A stretch of 63,065 bases of DNA, counting the filler, from Octopus bimaculoides (lineage: Eukaryota): NCBI RefSeq assembly GCF_001194135.2. It is 7 parts of 7 records of this genome, joined end to end, with 100 filler letters (N's around TTAATTAATTAA, not from the genome) between each part and the next. Parts side by side here need not be neighbours in the genome. Positions count along the whole stretch, not along the records: positions 21,643 to 49,882 come from NC_068991.1; 6 more parts are not named here. One strand, given 5' to 3'. Below the pieces are notes generated by a model. The model had not been told where the DNA came from and ran no database searches. It saw nothing but the letters and a program-made list of their open reading frames with translations. Positions 26,187 to 36,934 of the stretch are shown piece after piece (the stretch's first letter is position 1; each line of letters begins with the position of its first letter). Made by a program: the position numbers and the translations under genes.

Positions 26187-26542
26187 GAAATTGAGGGAGA
26201 GACAGAGTAAATGAGACAGGCATTTGGCGAGTTACAAAACTCCACATACACTTTTCTCACCCGCTTTAAAGTCGCACACCCGATGGTATTCCATCGGCAA
26301 ACATAAGCACTGAATTGCTGCCTTATCGAGACACACATGCACACACTATAACAATACAGAGATACAGAGACACTCACAGACACAAACACACCCTTCCACT
26401 TAGTGGCCGGCAAGGAACGTTAATAGCCATTTTGTTTCACTGTTTATTTAGCAGAAGTCTTTCTTTACACCATTTCTGTTGACTGTTTATCTTCTCGTAG
26501 CTAGCTCATTTACACTAAAGCCTCCTTCTGCCCCTCCACCAC

Positions 26543-26638
26543 CTTCTTCTTCTTCTTCTTCTTCTTCTTCTTCTTCTTCTTCTTCTTCTTCTTCTTCTTC
26601 TTCTTCTTCTTCTTCTTCTTCTTCTTCTTCTTCTTCTT

Positions 26639-26668
<30 letters not shown>
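26543..26668. repeat. Pure (CTT)n microsatellite, about 42 units
   Basis: Uninterrupted CTT run in the sequence. Confidence 0.97.
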
Positions 26669-26670
<2 letters not shown>

Positions 26671-26989
26671 ACTGCTATGCTACGGATTTCTGCCCGCTAT
26701 TAACTTTAGTAGATCCTCAGTTTTATGTTGTGTGTCTCCCAGTAACACGAATGTACTTGAATGAACTTCGTCCTCTATTAGGTAACAAAAGTCTCCAAAA
26801 TATAACATCTGATATGGCCAGCTGTTCACCATGATCTGTTCAGCTGATCCGAACTTGAGGATCCTAAAATTTATACATATATAAATATATTTTTATTTTT
26901 TTTATTTTTATTATTATTATTATTATTATTGCCTTTGGTCAGTAAGTGTTCTTTCTTAATTGCCTCAGTCTAGAAATTAAACAAAATGA

Positions 26990-27290
26990 CTGCTGTTTCC
27001 TTCAAACTTTGCTTTTGTGACCAGGAGATCAATGTTTTGAAACTGACCTATACTCCATTACATATCACAAAGATCCAGCGATGAGCTACTGAAGCAGAAA
27101 TATCGTTAGAGCAAATATTCTGCTCAATACCAGAGATTTGCTTGTCAGTTGCTTGACCTTAACCACTTGAGTATATCCCTTAGTGGTTGACGATATGCGC
27201 ATCACTGATTATGAGTAAGAGTAGTGGGGGATCATCATAGCCATGTATCGAGAGGGATTCTTTGGGTTTTTGAATAAATGAAACAAAAGT
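26990..27290. repeat. Unclassified interspersed repeat (copy 1)
   Basis: AAATATTCTGCTCAATACC...GCTTGTCAGTT...CCTTAACCA.TTGAG...CATAGCCATGTAT.GAGAGG matches 60060-60225. Confidence 0.8.
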
Positions 27291-28130
27291 AAAGTTTGAA
27301 GGAAATATCCATTTTTCATGAGAAATAATATTTGCTACCCAAGGACAAAAATCGTGTTACACTGTACAATAGAGATGGTTGGAATGTGTTTCTTCTTTGG
27401 TCTTGTGCTCACATGAGATGTTTTGAGCCCATCAAAGGAAGCTTTTTGAAGAGATCTTGAAGATCATTCTGATCTTCAAGATCTCTTTTTTATATAGTCC
27501 AGGTTTCGGTTCCATAGAAAAGAATNNNNNNNNNNNNNNNNNNNNNNNNNNNNNNNNNNNNNNNNNNNNNNNNNNNNNNNNNNNNNNNNNNNNNNNNNNN
27601 NNNNNNNNNNNNNNNNNNNNNNNNNNNNNNNNNNNNNNNNNNNNNNNNNNNNNNNNNNNNNNNNNNNNNNNNNNNNNNNNNNNNNNNNNNNNNNNNNNNN
27701 NNNNNNNNNNNNNNNNNNNNNNNNNNNNNNNNNNNNNNNNNNNNNNNNNNNNNNNNNNNNNNNNNNNNNNNNNNNNNNNNNNNNNNNNNNNNNNNNNNNN
27801 NNNNNNNNNNNNNNNNNNNNNNNNNNNNNNNNNNNNNNNNNNNNNNNNNNNNNNNNNNNNNNNNNNNNNNNNNNNNNNNNNNNNNNNNNNNNNNNNNNNN
27901 NNNNNNNNNNNNNNNNNNNNNNNNNNNNNNNNNNNNNNNNNNNNNNNNNNNNNNNNNNNNNNNNNNNNNNNNNNNNNNNNNNNNNNNNNNNNNNNNNNNN
28001 NNNNNNNNNNNNNNNNNNNNNNNNNNNNNNNNNNNNNNNNNNNNNNNNNNNNNNNNNNNNNNNNNNNNNNNNNNNNNNNNNNNNNNNNNNNNNNNNNNNN
28101 NNNNNNNNNNNNNNNNNNNNNNNNNNNNNN

Positions 28131-28173
<43 letters not shown>

Positions 28174-28199
28174 ATATACACACACACACACACACATAT

Positions 28200-28430
28200 G
28201 TGTGCGTGTGTGTTTGTGTCTGTATCCCCCCCCCCACAACCACTTCACAGCTGGTGTTGGTATGTTTAAGTCACCGTAACTTAGCGGTGTCGAAAAAAAG
28301 AGACCGACAGAATAAACACCAGGCCTTGAAAAATAAGTACTGGGGGGACAGGTTCGATTCGTTCGAGTAAACTTCTTCAAAATGGTGCCACAGCATGGCC
28401 TCAGTCTAATGAATGAAACGAACTGAAGAT
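28200..28430 (+). mobile_element. 3' half of a family B SINE (5' half in the gap)
   Basis: CCGTAACTTAGCGGT...AAATAAGTACTGGGG...GGTGCCACAGCATGGCCTCAGTCTAATGAATGAAAC. Confidence 0.8.
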
Positions 28431-28891
28431 TAGAAAAAGGATACAGTCTCTGCTAGTAGCTAGATCGTTTCTGCCTCATGGTGAAATCTCAAACCCGAGG
28501 GAATGAAAATAAAAGTGAACCTCGAAATAATTACGAAGCGTTCTAACATCAGCAGAAATGCCACATGTTTTGGGCGAGAGCACAGTCGGTTATAAGGATT
28601 ACTGTACTTGGTTGCTAGTTTATTAACTTAGTGAACAGAGAGAGAGAGGGAGAGAGAGAGAGAGAGAGAGAAAGATGATTAAGGTGGAGGCCACATGGTC
28701 CGATTGCTTAGATTCTGTCACCAATTACTGCCGCTTATAGTTATAACAATAAGTGTTATTGTCATCATTAAAGAACACAATACATGTTTCTTTGCAACTG
28801 ACCAGTCAACCGGATAACAAACATATCCATCAGGTTCATCATCATCATCATCATTATCAACATCAATAAAAACAACGCCTACGACCACCAT

Positions 28892-28951
<60 letters not shown>

Positions 28952-30586
28952 CGCCGCTAGAGTTGTAGAAAGATAATTAAATGTAAAGAAAGAACGAAAA
29001 CAAGTATTAAAGTGGCGGTAATAAACAGGGTGGTGGTGATGGTGGCGGCGGTGATAGTGGTGATGATGGTCGTTTTGGCGGCGGCGGTGGTGGTGATGGT
29101 GGAATTAGTGACATTGGTTGTAATACTGGTACATATTGATATAGTTGATGTTGATGTAGTGGTGGCGGTTGTGTTAGTGTTGGTATTGTTGTTGATGCTG
29201 TTGATGTTGCTGGTGTCGGTGGTGGCGTTGGCAATGATGTCTGTTACGCTTTTGATAATGTTGGCTGAGTCGTGGTGGGGAGGGGGAGAGGGGAATTGAG
29301 CACCTGATCGTGATGCTATTAGTAGATGGGCGTGAAGACGATAACATTAATGAGACAGGAATTAGTAGCGGTGGTAGTGGAGGTGGTAGTGGTGGTGGTG
29401 GCGGCGGTGGTGGAGCAAAAGGTTGTTGCCGGTACTAATATTGACTAGTCAAGGGGTGTTGATTGACAGGTGTTTTCAGTGTGTTAGCAGTGCAATGGTC
29501 AAGCCTATAGAAACAGTTTCGATTCCTGCTGGGTTAATCATTCGGTTTGATACCGTCCTAAACAACCCCAATAAACTGCCTCTAAAAGAATAGAGTGGGC
29601 GTGTTCGCTTTCTGGGTCGGTCGAGTATCTCACCTGAACTCCCAACTTTCTCACGTTAATACTTCTTGAAGACTCATTTGTTATCTATCAATAATATATA
29701 NNNNNNNNNNNNNNNNNNNNNNNNNNNNNNNNNNNNNNNNNNNNNNNNNNNNNNNNNNNNNNNNNNNNNNNNNNNNNNNNNNNNNNNNNNNNNNNNNNNN
29801 NNNNNNNNNNNNNNNNNNNNNNNNNNNNNNNNNNNNNNNNNNNNNNNNNNNNNNNNNNNNNNNNNNNNNNNNNNNNNNNNNNNNNNNNNNNNNNNNNNNN
29901 NNNNNNNNNNNNNNNNNNNNNNNNNNNNNNNNNNNNNNNNNNNNNNNNNNNNNNNNNNNNNNNNNNNNNNNNNNNNNNNNNNNNNNNNNNNNNNNNNNNN
30001 NNNNNNNNNNNNNNNNNNNNNNNNNNNNNNNNNNNNNNNNNNNNNNNNNNNNNNNNNNNNNNNNNNNNNNNNNNNNNNNNNNNNNNNNNNNNNNNNNNNN
30101 NNNNNNNNNNNNNNNNNNNNNNNNNNNNNNNNNNNNNNNNNNNNNNNNNNNNNNNNNNNNNNNNNNNNNNNNNNNNNNNNNNNNNNNNNNNNNNNNNNNN
30201 NNNNNNNNNNNNNNNNNNNNNNNNNNNNNNNNNNNNNNNNNNNNNNNNNNNNNNNNNNNNNNNNNNNNNNNNNNNNNNNNNNNNNNNNNNNNNNNNNNNN
30301 NNNNNNNNNNNNNNNNNNNNNNNNNNNNNNNNNNNNNNNNNNNNNNNNNNNNNNNNNNNNNNNNNNNNNNNNNNNNNNNNNNNNNNNNNNNNNNNNNNNN
30401 NNNNNNNNNNNNNNNNNNNNNNNNNNNNNNNNNNNNNNNNNNNNNNNNNNNNNNNNNNNNNNNNNNNNNNNNNNNNNNNNNNNNNNNNNNNNNNNNNNNN
30501 NNNNNNNNNNNNNNNNNNNNNNNNNNNNNNNNNNNNNNNNNNNNNNNNNNNNNNNNNNNNNNNNNNNNNNNNNNNNNNNNNNNNNN

Positions 30587-30617
<31 letters not shown>

Positions 30618-31752
30618 CACACGTGCGCGTGTGTGCGCTCATGTGTTAAGTTATATTTCACAGTTCTAATAACACTACAAAACAAAAGCTGTAAATTGAA
30701 AGAACGAAAACAAATTACAAAAAAAAAAAAAAAAACTGAAACAACGATTTTCCGTCCAAATATCTTGACATTGTTGTACCTGACCAGACTGAAACTGACC
30801 GAAGGTGACCCAACTAAGTATACTATTTTACCTGAGACTGTATTAGATTGTACCAAACTCACCTTGGAGAGACCATTTTGTTGAACATTAACACAGTATG
30901 ATCTCTTGTTATCATTACCACCAGTTATTCTATCATGTTGTTGATAGTGGAAATGGTCGTTGCTGCTGTTTATTATTATCATTATTATTATTATTATCAT
31001 CGACATCATTATCATCATCATCATTATCCTCCCCCTCATCCTCATCAACATCTATTGAAAACAAAGTACTATTTCAGATTGCTAGATAACTCAAATAGCA
31101 AGCATGTACACACACACACACTCACACACACACACATACACACACACATACACACACACACACACACATACACACACATACACACACACACACACGAACA
31201 CACACACACAAANNNNNNNNNNNNNNNNNNNNNNNNNNNNNNNNNNNNNNNNNNNNNNNNNNNNNNNNNNNNNNNNNNNNNNNNNNNNNNNNNNNNNNNN
31301 NNNNNNNNNNNNNNNNNNNNNNNNNNNNNNNNNNNNNNNNNNNNNNNNNNNNNNNNNNNNNNNNNNNNNNNNNNNNNNNNNNNNNNNNNNNNNNNNNNNN
31401 NNNNNNNNNNNNNNNNNNNNNNNNNNNNNNNNNNNNNNNNNNNNNNNNNNNNNNNNNNNNNNNNNNNNNNNNNNNNNNNNNNNNNNNNNNNNNNNNNNNN
31501 NNNNNNNNNNNNNNNNNNNNNNNNNNNNNNNNNNNNNNNNNNNNNNNNNNNNNNNNNNNNNNNNNNNNNNNNNNNNNNNNNNNNNNNNNNNNNNNNNNNN
31601 NNNNNNNNNNNNNNNNNNNNNNNNNNNNNNNNNNNNNNNNNNNNNNNNNNNNNNNNNNNNNNNNNNNNNNNNNNNNNNNNNNNNNNNNNNNNNNNNNNAC
31701 ACACATAGATATATACATATATGTGTATACCAAATACACTTACAAAACTCGA

Positions 31753-31857
31753 GGCTAAAGTAGAAAACACTTGCTTAAGATGCCACGCAGTGGGACTGAA
31801 CCCGGAACCAAGTGCTTGGGAAGCAAGCTTCTAACCACACAGCCACTCGAGCGCCTA
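31753..31857 (-). mobile_element. Family B SINE head fragment
   Basis: GTAGAAAACACTTGCTTAAGATGCCACGCAGTGGGACTGAACCCGGAACC...CACACAGCCAC is the reverse complement of the B head. Confidence 0.85.
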
Positions 31858-31860
31858 TAT

Positions 31861-31990
31861 ATATTTTCTCGTGTTCCTTTCTGTTGAAGAGCGTAGGCTC
31901 GAAACGTAAAGACTTTCTCACCTTCCCGAACGTTAAACTAATACACCTGTTTGTTGTTTACACACCTGTCTTCGTCTTTTGTTTTTTTTT
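31861..31990 (+). mobile_element. Short repeat tail containing a minimal hammerhead-like motif (31878-31911)
   Basis: TTT-CTGTTGA-A-GAGC-GTAG-GCTC-GAAAC-GTA-AAG. The downstream CACCTGTCTTCGTCTTTTGTTTTTTT recurs in reverse at about 47020-47053. Confidence 0.55.
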
Positions 31991-31994
31991 CTAC

Positions 31995-32150
31995 ATCAAC
32001 CCCCAGTGCTCGACTGGTACTTATTATACCGACCCCAAAAGAAGAAAAGCAAAGCGGTCTACGGTGGAATTGGAACTCAAAACGCAAAGAAGGACGAAAT
32101 GCCGCCAAGCATTTTACCTGGCGTGCTAACGATTCTGCTGGCTCGCCGCC
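31995..32150 (-). mobile_element. Family A SINE (tail truncated)
   Basis: The minus strand starts GGCGGCGAGCCAGCAGAATCGTTAGCACGCCAGGTAAAATGCTT. Confidence 0.85.
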
Positions 32151-32170
32151 TTGAAGCCTTTTTATATTGA

Positions 32171-32330
32171 ACATTATTTGCATTATTAACATTTGACGGA
32201 TATATCTCCTCATCTTGTTTGTTGTTAACATAACGTTTCGTCTGATATACCCTCCAGCCTTCATAAGGTGTCTTAGGGAAATTTCGAACCTGGGTTCTCA
32301 TTCCTAAGGTATTTTTCGATGTTGTTGTTG

Positions 32331-32389
<59 letters not shown>

Positions 32390-32462
32390 TCACTGCCTGG
32401 AATCGAACTCGGAATCTTGGGGTTAGTAGCTCGCGCTCTCAACCACTACGCCATATTCCCAT
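32171..32462 (-). mobile_element. tRNA-headed, hammerhead-tailed short element, left arm (intact A/B boxes, mutated ribozyme core, 3' end shortened)
   Basis: Minus strand: A box TGGCGTAGTGG (32443-32453), B box GTTCGATTCC (32399-32408), (AAT)n/(AAC)n, then GACAC-CTTATGA-A-GGCTG...CAGAC-GAAAC-GTT (32227-32272). Confidence 0.85.
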
Positions 32463-32525
32463 GGGAATATTCCGAGTTCGATTCCCAGTTCGATTCCTGG
32501 CAGTGACCTGAATAATAATAATAAT

Positions 32526-32574
<49 letters not shown>

Positions 32575-32805
32575 GCAACAACAACAACAACAACAGCAAC
32601 AACAACAACAACAACAACAACATCGAAAAGTACCATAGGAATGAAAACTCAGGTTCGAAATTTCCTGAAGACATCTGATGAAGGCTGGAGGGTATATCAG
32701 CCGAAACGTTGTGTTAACAACAAACAAGATGAGGACAAATATCCGTCAAATATAAATAATGTAAATAATGTACATAATTCCTCATCTCTTAAATATAGAA
32801 CTGTA
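32463..32805 (+). mobile_element. Same element, right arm (A box deleted, B box duplicated, intact ribozyme core, full 3' end)
   Basis: Inverted copy of the left arm about the palindrome ATATTCCCATGGGAATAT (32453-32470). The whole dimer is flanked by CTTTTTATATTGA at 32158-32170 and 32806-32818. Confidence 0.88.
32670..32715 (+). ncRNA. Minimal type I hammerhead ribozyme motif
   Basis: GACAT|CTGATGA|A|GGCTG-gagggtatat-CAGCC|GAAAC|GTT|GTGTT. The conserved core is complete, with a 5-bp helix II and a 5-bp helix I (two G.U pairs). Helix III is reduced to the palindrome AACGTT. Activity is untested. Confidence 0.72.
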
Positions 32806-33899
32806 CTTTTTATATTGAGTTTAGTACTTGGTTGCTACATTACTCTTACGAAGAACCGTAAGTCAATAACACAAAGCCTTTGGCCAACATTCTGCCAATT
32901 TCGCCTTTTGCCACACTCCGAGTTACCAAGAGTATCTCTATGATTTACAGTACTTCTATAATCGTTTTGTGATATTTTGTGTGATAAACCTGCTAGGACC
33001 GGCTTTGTCAATTATTTCTATACAATGAATACTAGTTATGTCGATAAAAAAGAAATGTTCCTCTCTCTCTACAGCGATCAGGTTATTGGTTTTACTTTTA
33101 TCAGCAGAAATAGCAATATCAATAAAATTTATTTACCGACCAAATTTATTGGCGGTGTATTGCTTTTCATTAGGAGACAACAAAACCTTTCCGAAATATA
33201 TAATACTTGAGCGCAATGTACTATGTGTTCCTCTCATTGTGAAGACTTTGTTAGTGCTTCAAATAATTCAATACATAATTCTTTATTCTTACTCGCTGCA
33301 GCTCCACCACCATTAAATAAAGTCTTACTATGAAGTAAAATAACCAAAGAAAAGAAAGAGAGAAACTGAAGCTAAGTTTAGCGGTAGAATTGAAATTTCA
33401 ACGAGAAAGATGCTTAAATTAGCTTAAGACGATAGGTTTAAAAGGCTTCTGCAACAATATGTAATAAAGGAATAGTAACAGGCATTGTCTTGTACAATAC
33501 TTATTTCTCACAGGTGGTAAAAAACTGATATTTGTAACAACAGCTTGGTAAAGATCTTCCTTTTGATATCAAACTAAATTTGTATCTTCTATTTGTATTT
33601 AAGAAACAAAACCAAAATTGGGTAGAAGTAAAATTAAAGTATTTCTTAGCACATTAAAATTTTTATGTAAAGGTATACAATTTCCAGAACATTTTTAACT
33701 TCGAAAGCTATTCAAAACTTGTGAAAATATATGTGTATATTTATGTATAGATTCCCACATATTACGACATGAAATTGTTTTGGTATGACCATGTACCTTG
33801 AGTTGAATATAGCATTCTCAAATGATATAAGGATGAAGTTTGGCAAAGTTAGGAAAATCTGAAAGTTAGTCTAATAACATCTAAATGGTCTGACAATTT

Positions 33900-35475
33900 C
33901 TTCGATATCTGATAAGGGATACTATTAGTAGCAATATGTATATGAATGAAAATATATCATATGATGGAATGCGAAACCTGGAAATATGACACTTGGATAA
34001 ATTACAAACATAGAGCTCATAACTATCTGTATTCAATAAATCAGTGGCCCACGGTATGCTTGCCGTACCAATCCCCATGCCAACATTTGGGTTACTCATT
34101 TGGAAGCTAATTGAGATCCGAGTTATTGGTGTTGAGAAAGCAGGAATTTATCAATGATTCAAACCGCTATTGAATGGCCTATCATATGCTTTCAACAATA
34201 TCTACTAAACACAATGCATCAAACTACATCCATGGATCAAATCTGCATGCATAAGCAAATAGCACCATTAGATTTAGAAAGGCACCTTTGAAACTATTTC
34301 CTGACGAATGACAAACAACACCTATCTGGTGAAGCTACACCACTCCAATGCAACGGCTCCTCAGGAGAATAGGTTCCTGTTTATCGAAAGGGCACGCATG
34401 ACAAAGGTGTAAGAAAACTTCAAAAGGACAGTAACATTGATAACTGAAAGACTCTATCTTTATTCAACTGTATGTTTGTTTTTGCAATTTAAGAACAAGA
34501 AATAACAGCTGTATATCACATGCACAAAATGAGATTAGGGATCAGCTAAAATGTTTAGATGCGCATCTGCAACGGGAATTGGACGCAATATACAGGTGGG
34601 ATGAAGACAACAACTCGCAATTTAATGCAGGAAAATTCCAAGGTCTGCACTGCCAGCACATAAAGCTGAACATCATGCAGATAGGATGCACTGGCCTGGG
34701 AGGGATTGCAATCCCCGAATGAAAATCAGTGCGTGACCTGGGCATTGACATGAGCGATGATACATCTTTCCGGGTCCATATTACCAATTTGGTAATAAAA
34801 TGCAGACGGCTAGTAGGATGGATCCACCGAACTTTCAAAACGAGAGAAAAGGAGACTATGATGGTACTTTAGAGGGCATACGTCCTAAGCCGCTGGAACC
34901 ACTGCTCCCAACTATGGTCAACAAACAAAATAAGATTAACAGCGGAACTCGAAGCATTCCAACAAAACTACACTATGAAAATTGTCTCAATACAATGTAT
35001 CATCTGGGAAAGACTGAAAGAGCAAAAACTCTTCTTAGAACGAAGGCAGCAATGATATGCAGTTATATACATCTAGAAAATCCTGGAGGGCCGTGTGCCA
35101 AACTTTGGTATTGAAACTTACACAAACAGCAGAACAAGGCGCCACTGCATAGTGACAAAGATCCCAGCAACTCCATCAAAATACAAGACCAGATACTGCA
35201 ACAGCTTTGGTTTCAAGGGTCTATAGCTCTTCAATATCCTTTCAAAATGCGCGAGAGATCTGAATGGTGTAGATGTAGGTGTCTTCAAAACAAAAATTGG
35301 ATCTCCTCCTGTCAAGGGTTCCAGATGAGCCTACCTCATGGCAGGAAGCGCGGACAAGGGCAACGGCATCAAACTCCCTCATTCACCAAAAGCCACACCA
35401 AAGGAGGTTTCAACTAATGGTGTAGCATAGCAAACGGTGGTGCCCCAGCATGACCACAGTTGTAAAGCTGATACG
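33900..35475 (+). mobile_element. Decayed CR1-group LINE, 3' part of ORF2 and 3' end
   Basis: Frameshifted translations from 34560 on read LQRELDAIYRWDEDNNSQFNAGKFQ, SVRDLGIDMSDDTSFRVHI...GWIHRTFKTR, WERLKE...ERRQQ...KILEGRVPNFG and FKTKLDLLLSRVPDEP. The segment before 34500 is only weakly assignable. Confidence 0.85.
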
Positions 35476-36618
35476 CTTTAAAGATATTAAAGATATCAAA
35501 GATATATATATATATGCATATATATATATATATATATANNNNNNNNNNNNNNNNNNNNNNNNNNNNNNNNNNNNNNNNNNNNNNNNNNNNNNNNNNNNNN
35601 NNNNNNNNNNNNNNNNNNNNNNNNNNNNNNNNNNNNNNNNNNNNNNNNNNNNNNNNNNNNNNNNNNNNNNNNNNNNNNNNNNNNNNNNNNNNNNNNNNNN
35701 NNNNNNNNNNNNNNNNNNNNNNNNNNNNNNNNNNNNNNNNNNNNNNNNNNNNNNNNNNNNNNNNNNNNNNNNNNNNNNNNNNNNNNNNNNNNNNNNNNNN
35801 NNNNNNNNNNNNNNNNNNNNNNNNNNNNNNNNNNNNNNNNNNNNNNNNNNNNNNNNNNNNNNNNNNNNNNNNNNNNNNNNNNNNNNNNNNNNNNNNNNNN
35901 NNNNNNNNNNNNNNNNNNNNNNNNNNNNNNNNNNNNNNNNNNNNNNNNNNNNNNNNNNNNNNNNNNNNNNNNNNNNNNNNNNNNNNNNNNNNNNNNNNNN
36001 NNNNNNNNNNNNNNNNNNNNNNNNNNNNNNNNNNNNNNNNNNNNNNNNNNNNNNNNNNNNNNNNNNNNNNNNNNNNNNNNNNNNNNNNNNNNNNNNNNNN
36101 NNNNNNNNNNNNNNNNNNNNNNNNNNNNNNNNNNNNNNNNNNNNNNNNNNNNNNNNNNNNNNNNNNNGTGTGAGTTATGTATTATTAATTTCAATGTCGG
36201 CAATTGTTGATAGTCTATTTCCTTAGTTCTTTACGCTACCTTTGGTTTATTTTTAGGTGACTTAAATGCTTTTTCTTCTATTTTCATTCCATTTCCATTG
36301 TTGTCTTTCACTTATTCTTTCTATTTTTCTCCTGTTTATTTTGTTGTTGTCTTCATTTGTTTATTACTTTTTATTATTGCCGATGCCATTGTGGTTTCTT
36401 ATATTTTGTTTAATCTGATATCAAAGCTTTTGTTCTTCATTTGCAAAAATTAACTTTCCTTTTCATCCCTTTTTTGTATTATTCTCCTTTGCCTTGTTCT
36501 TTCATAGCTTTTTAATTTCCTACATAGATATGCATATATTTATATAAATAGATGCATACACATACATACAGGCACACATACGTACACGTATACATAAACA
36601 CAGTCATATACATTCATG

Positions 36619-36662
<44 letters not shown>

Positions 36663-36720
36663 NNNNNNNNNNGGCACACATACGTACACGTATACATAAA
36701 CACAGTCATATACATTCATG

Positions 36721-36800
<80 letters not shown>

Positions 36801-36890
36801 TATATTATTAATAAAAATATGATGTAAGTTATATAAATATATATATGTATGTGTGTGTATGTGTATATATATATGTGTGTGTGTGCGTGC

Positions 36891-36934
<44 letters not shown>

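Noticed and set aside
28860-29410. GGT/GAT-rich stretch with V/M-rich and P-rich ORFs (similar at 24820-25170 and 45340-45520)
   Set aside because: These are degenerate trinucleotide low-complexity tracts open on both strands, with no splice or homology support.
36571-36760. Exact ~90-bp direct duplication on either side of a 10-N gap
   Set aside because: This is typical of unmerged overlapping contig ends at a (CT)n tract, so an assembly artefact is likely.
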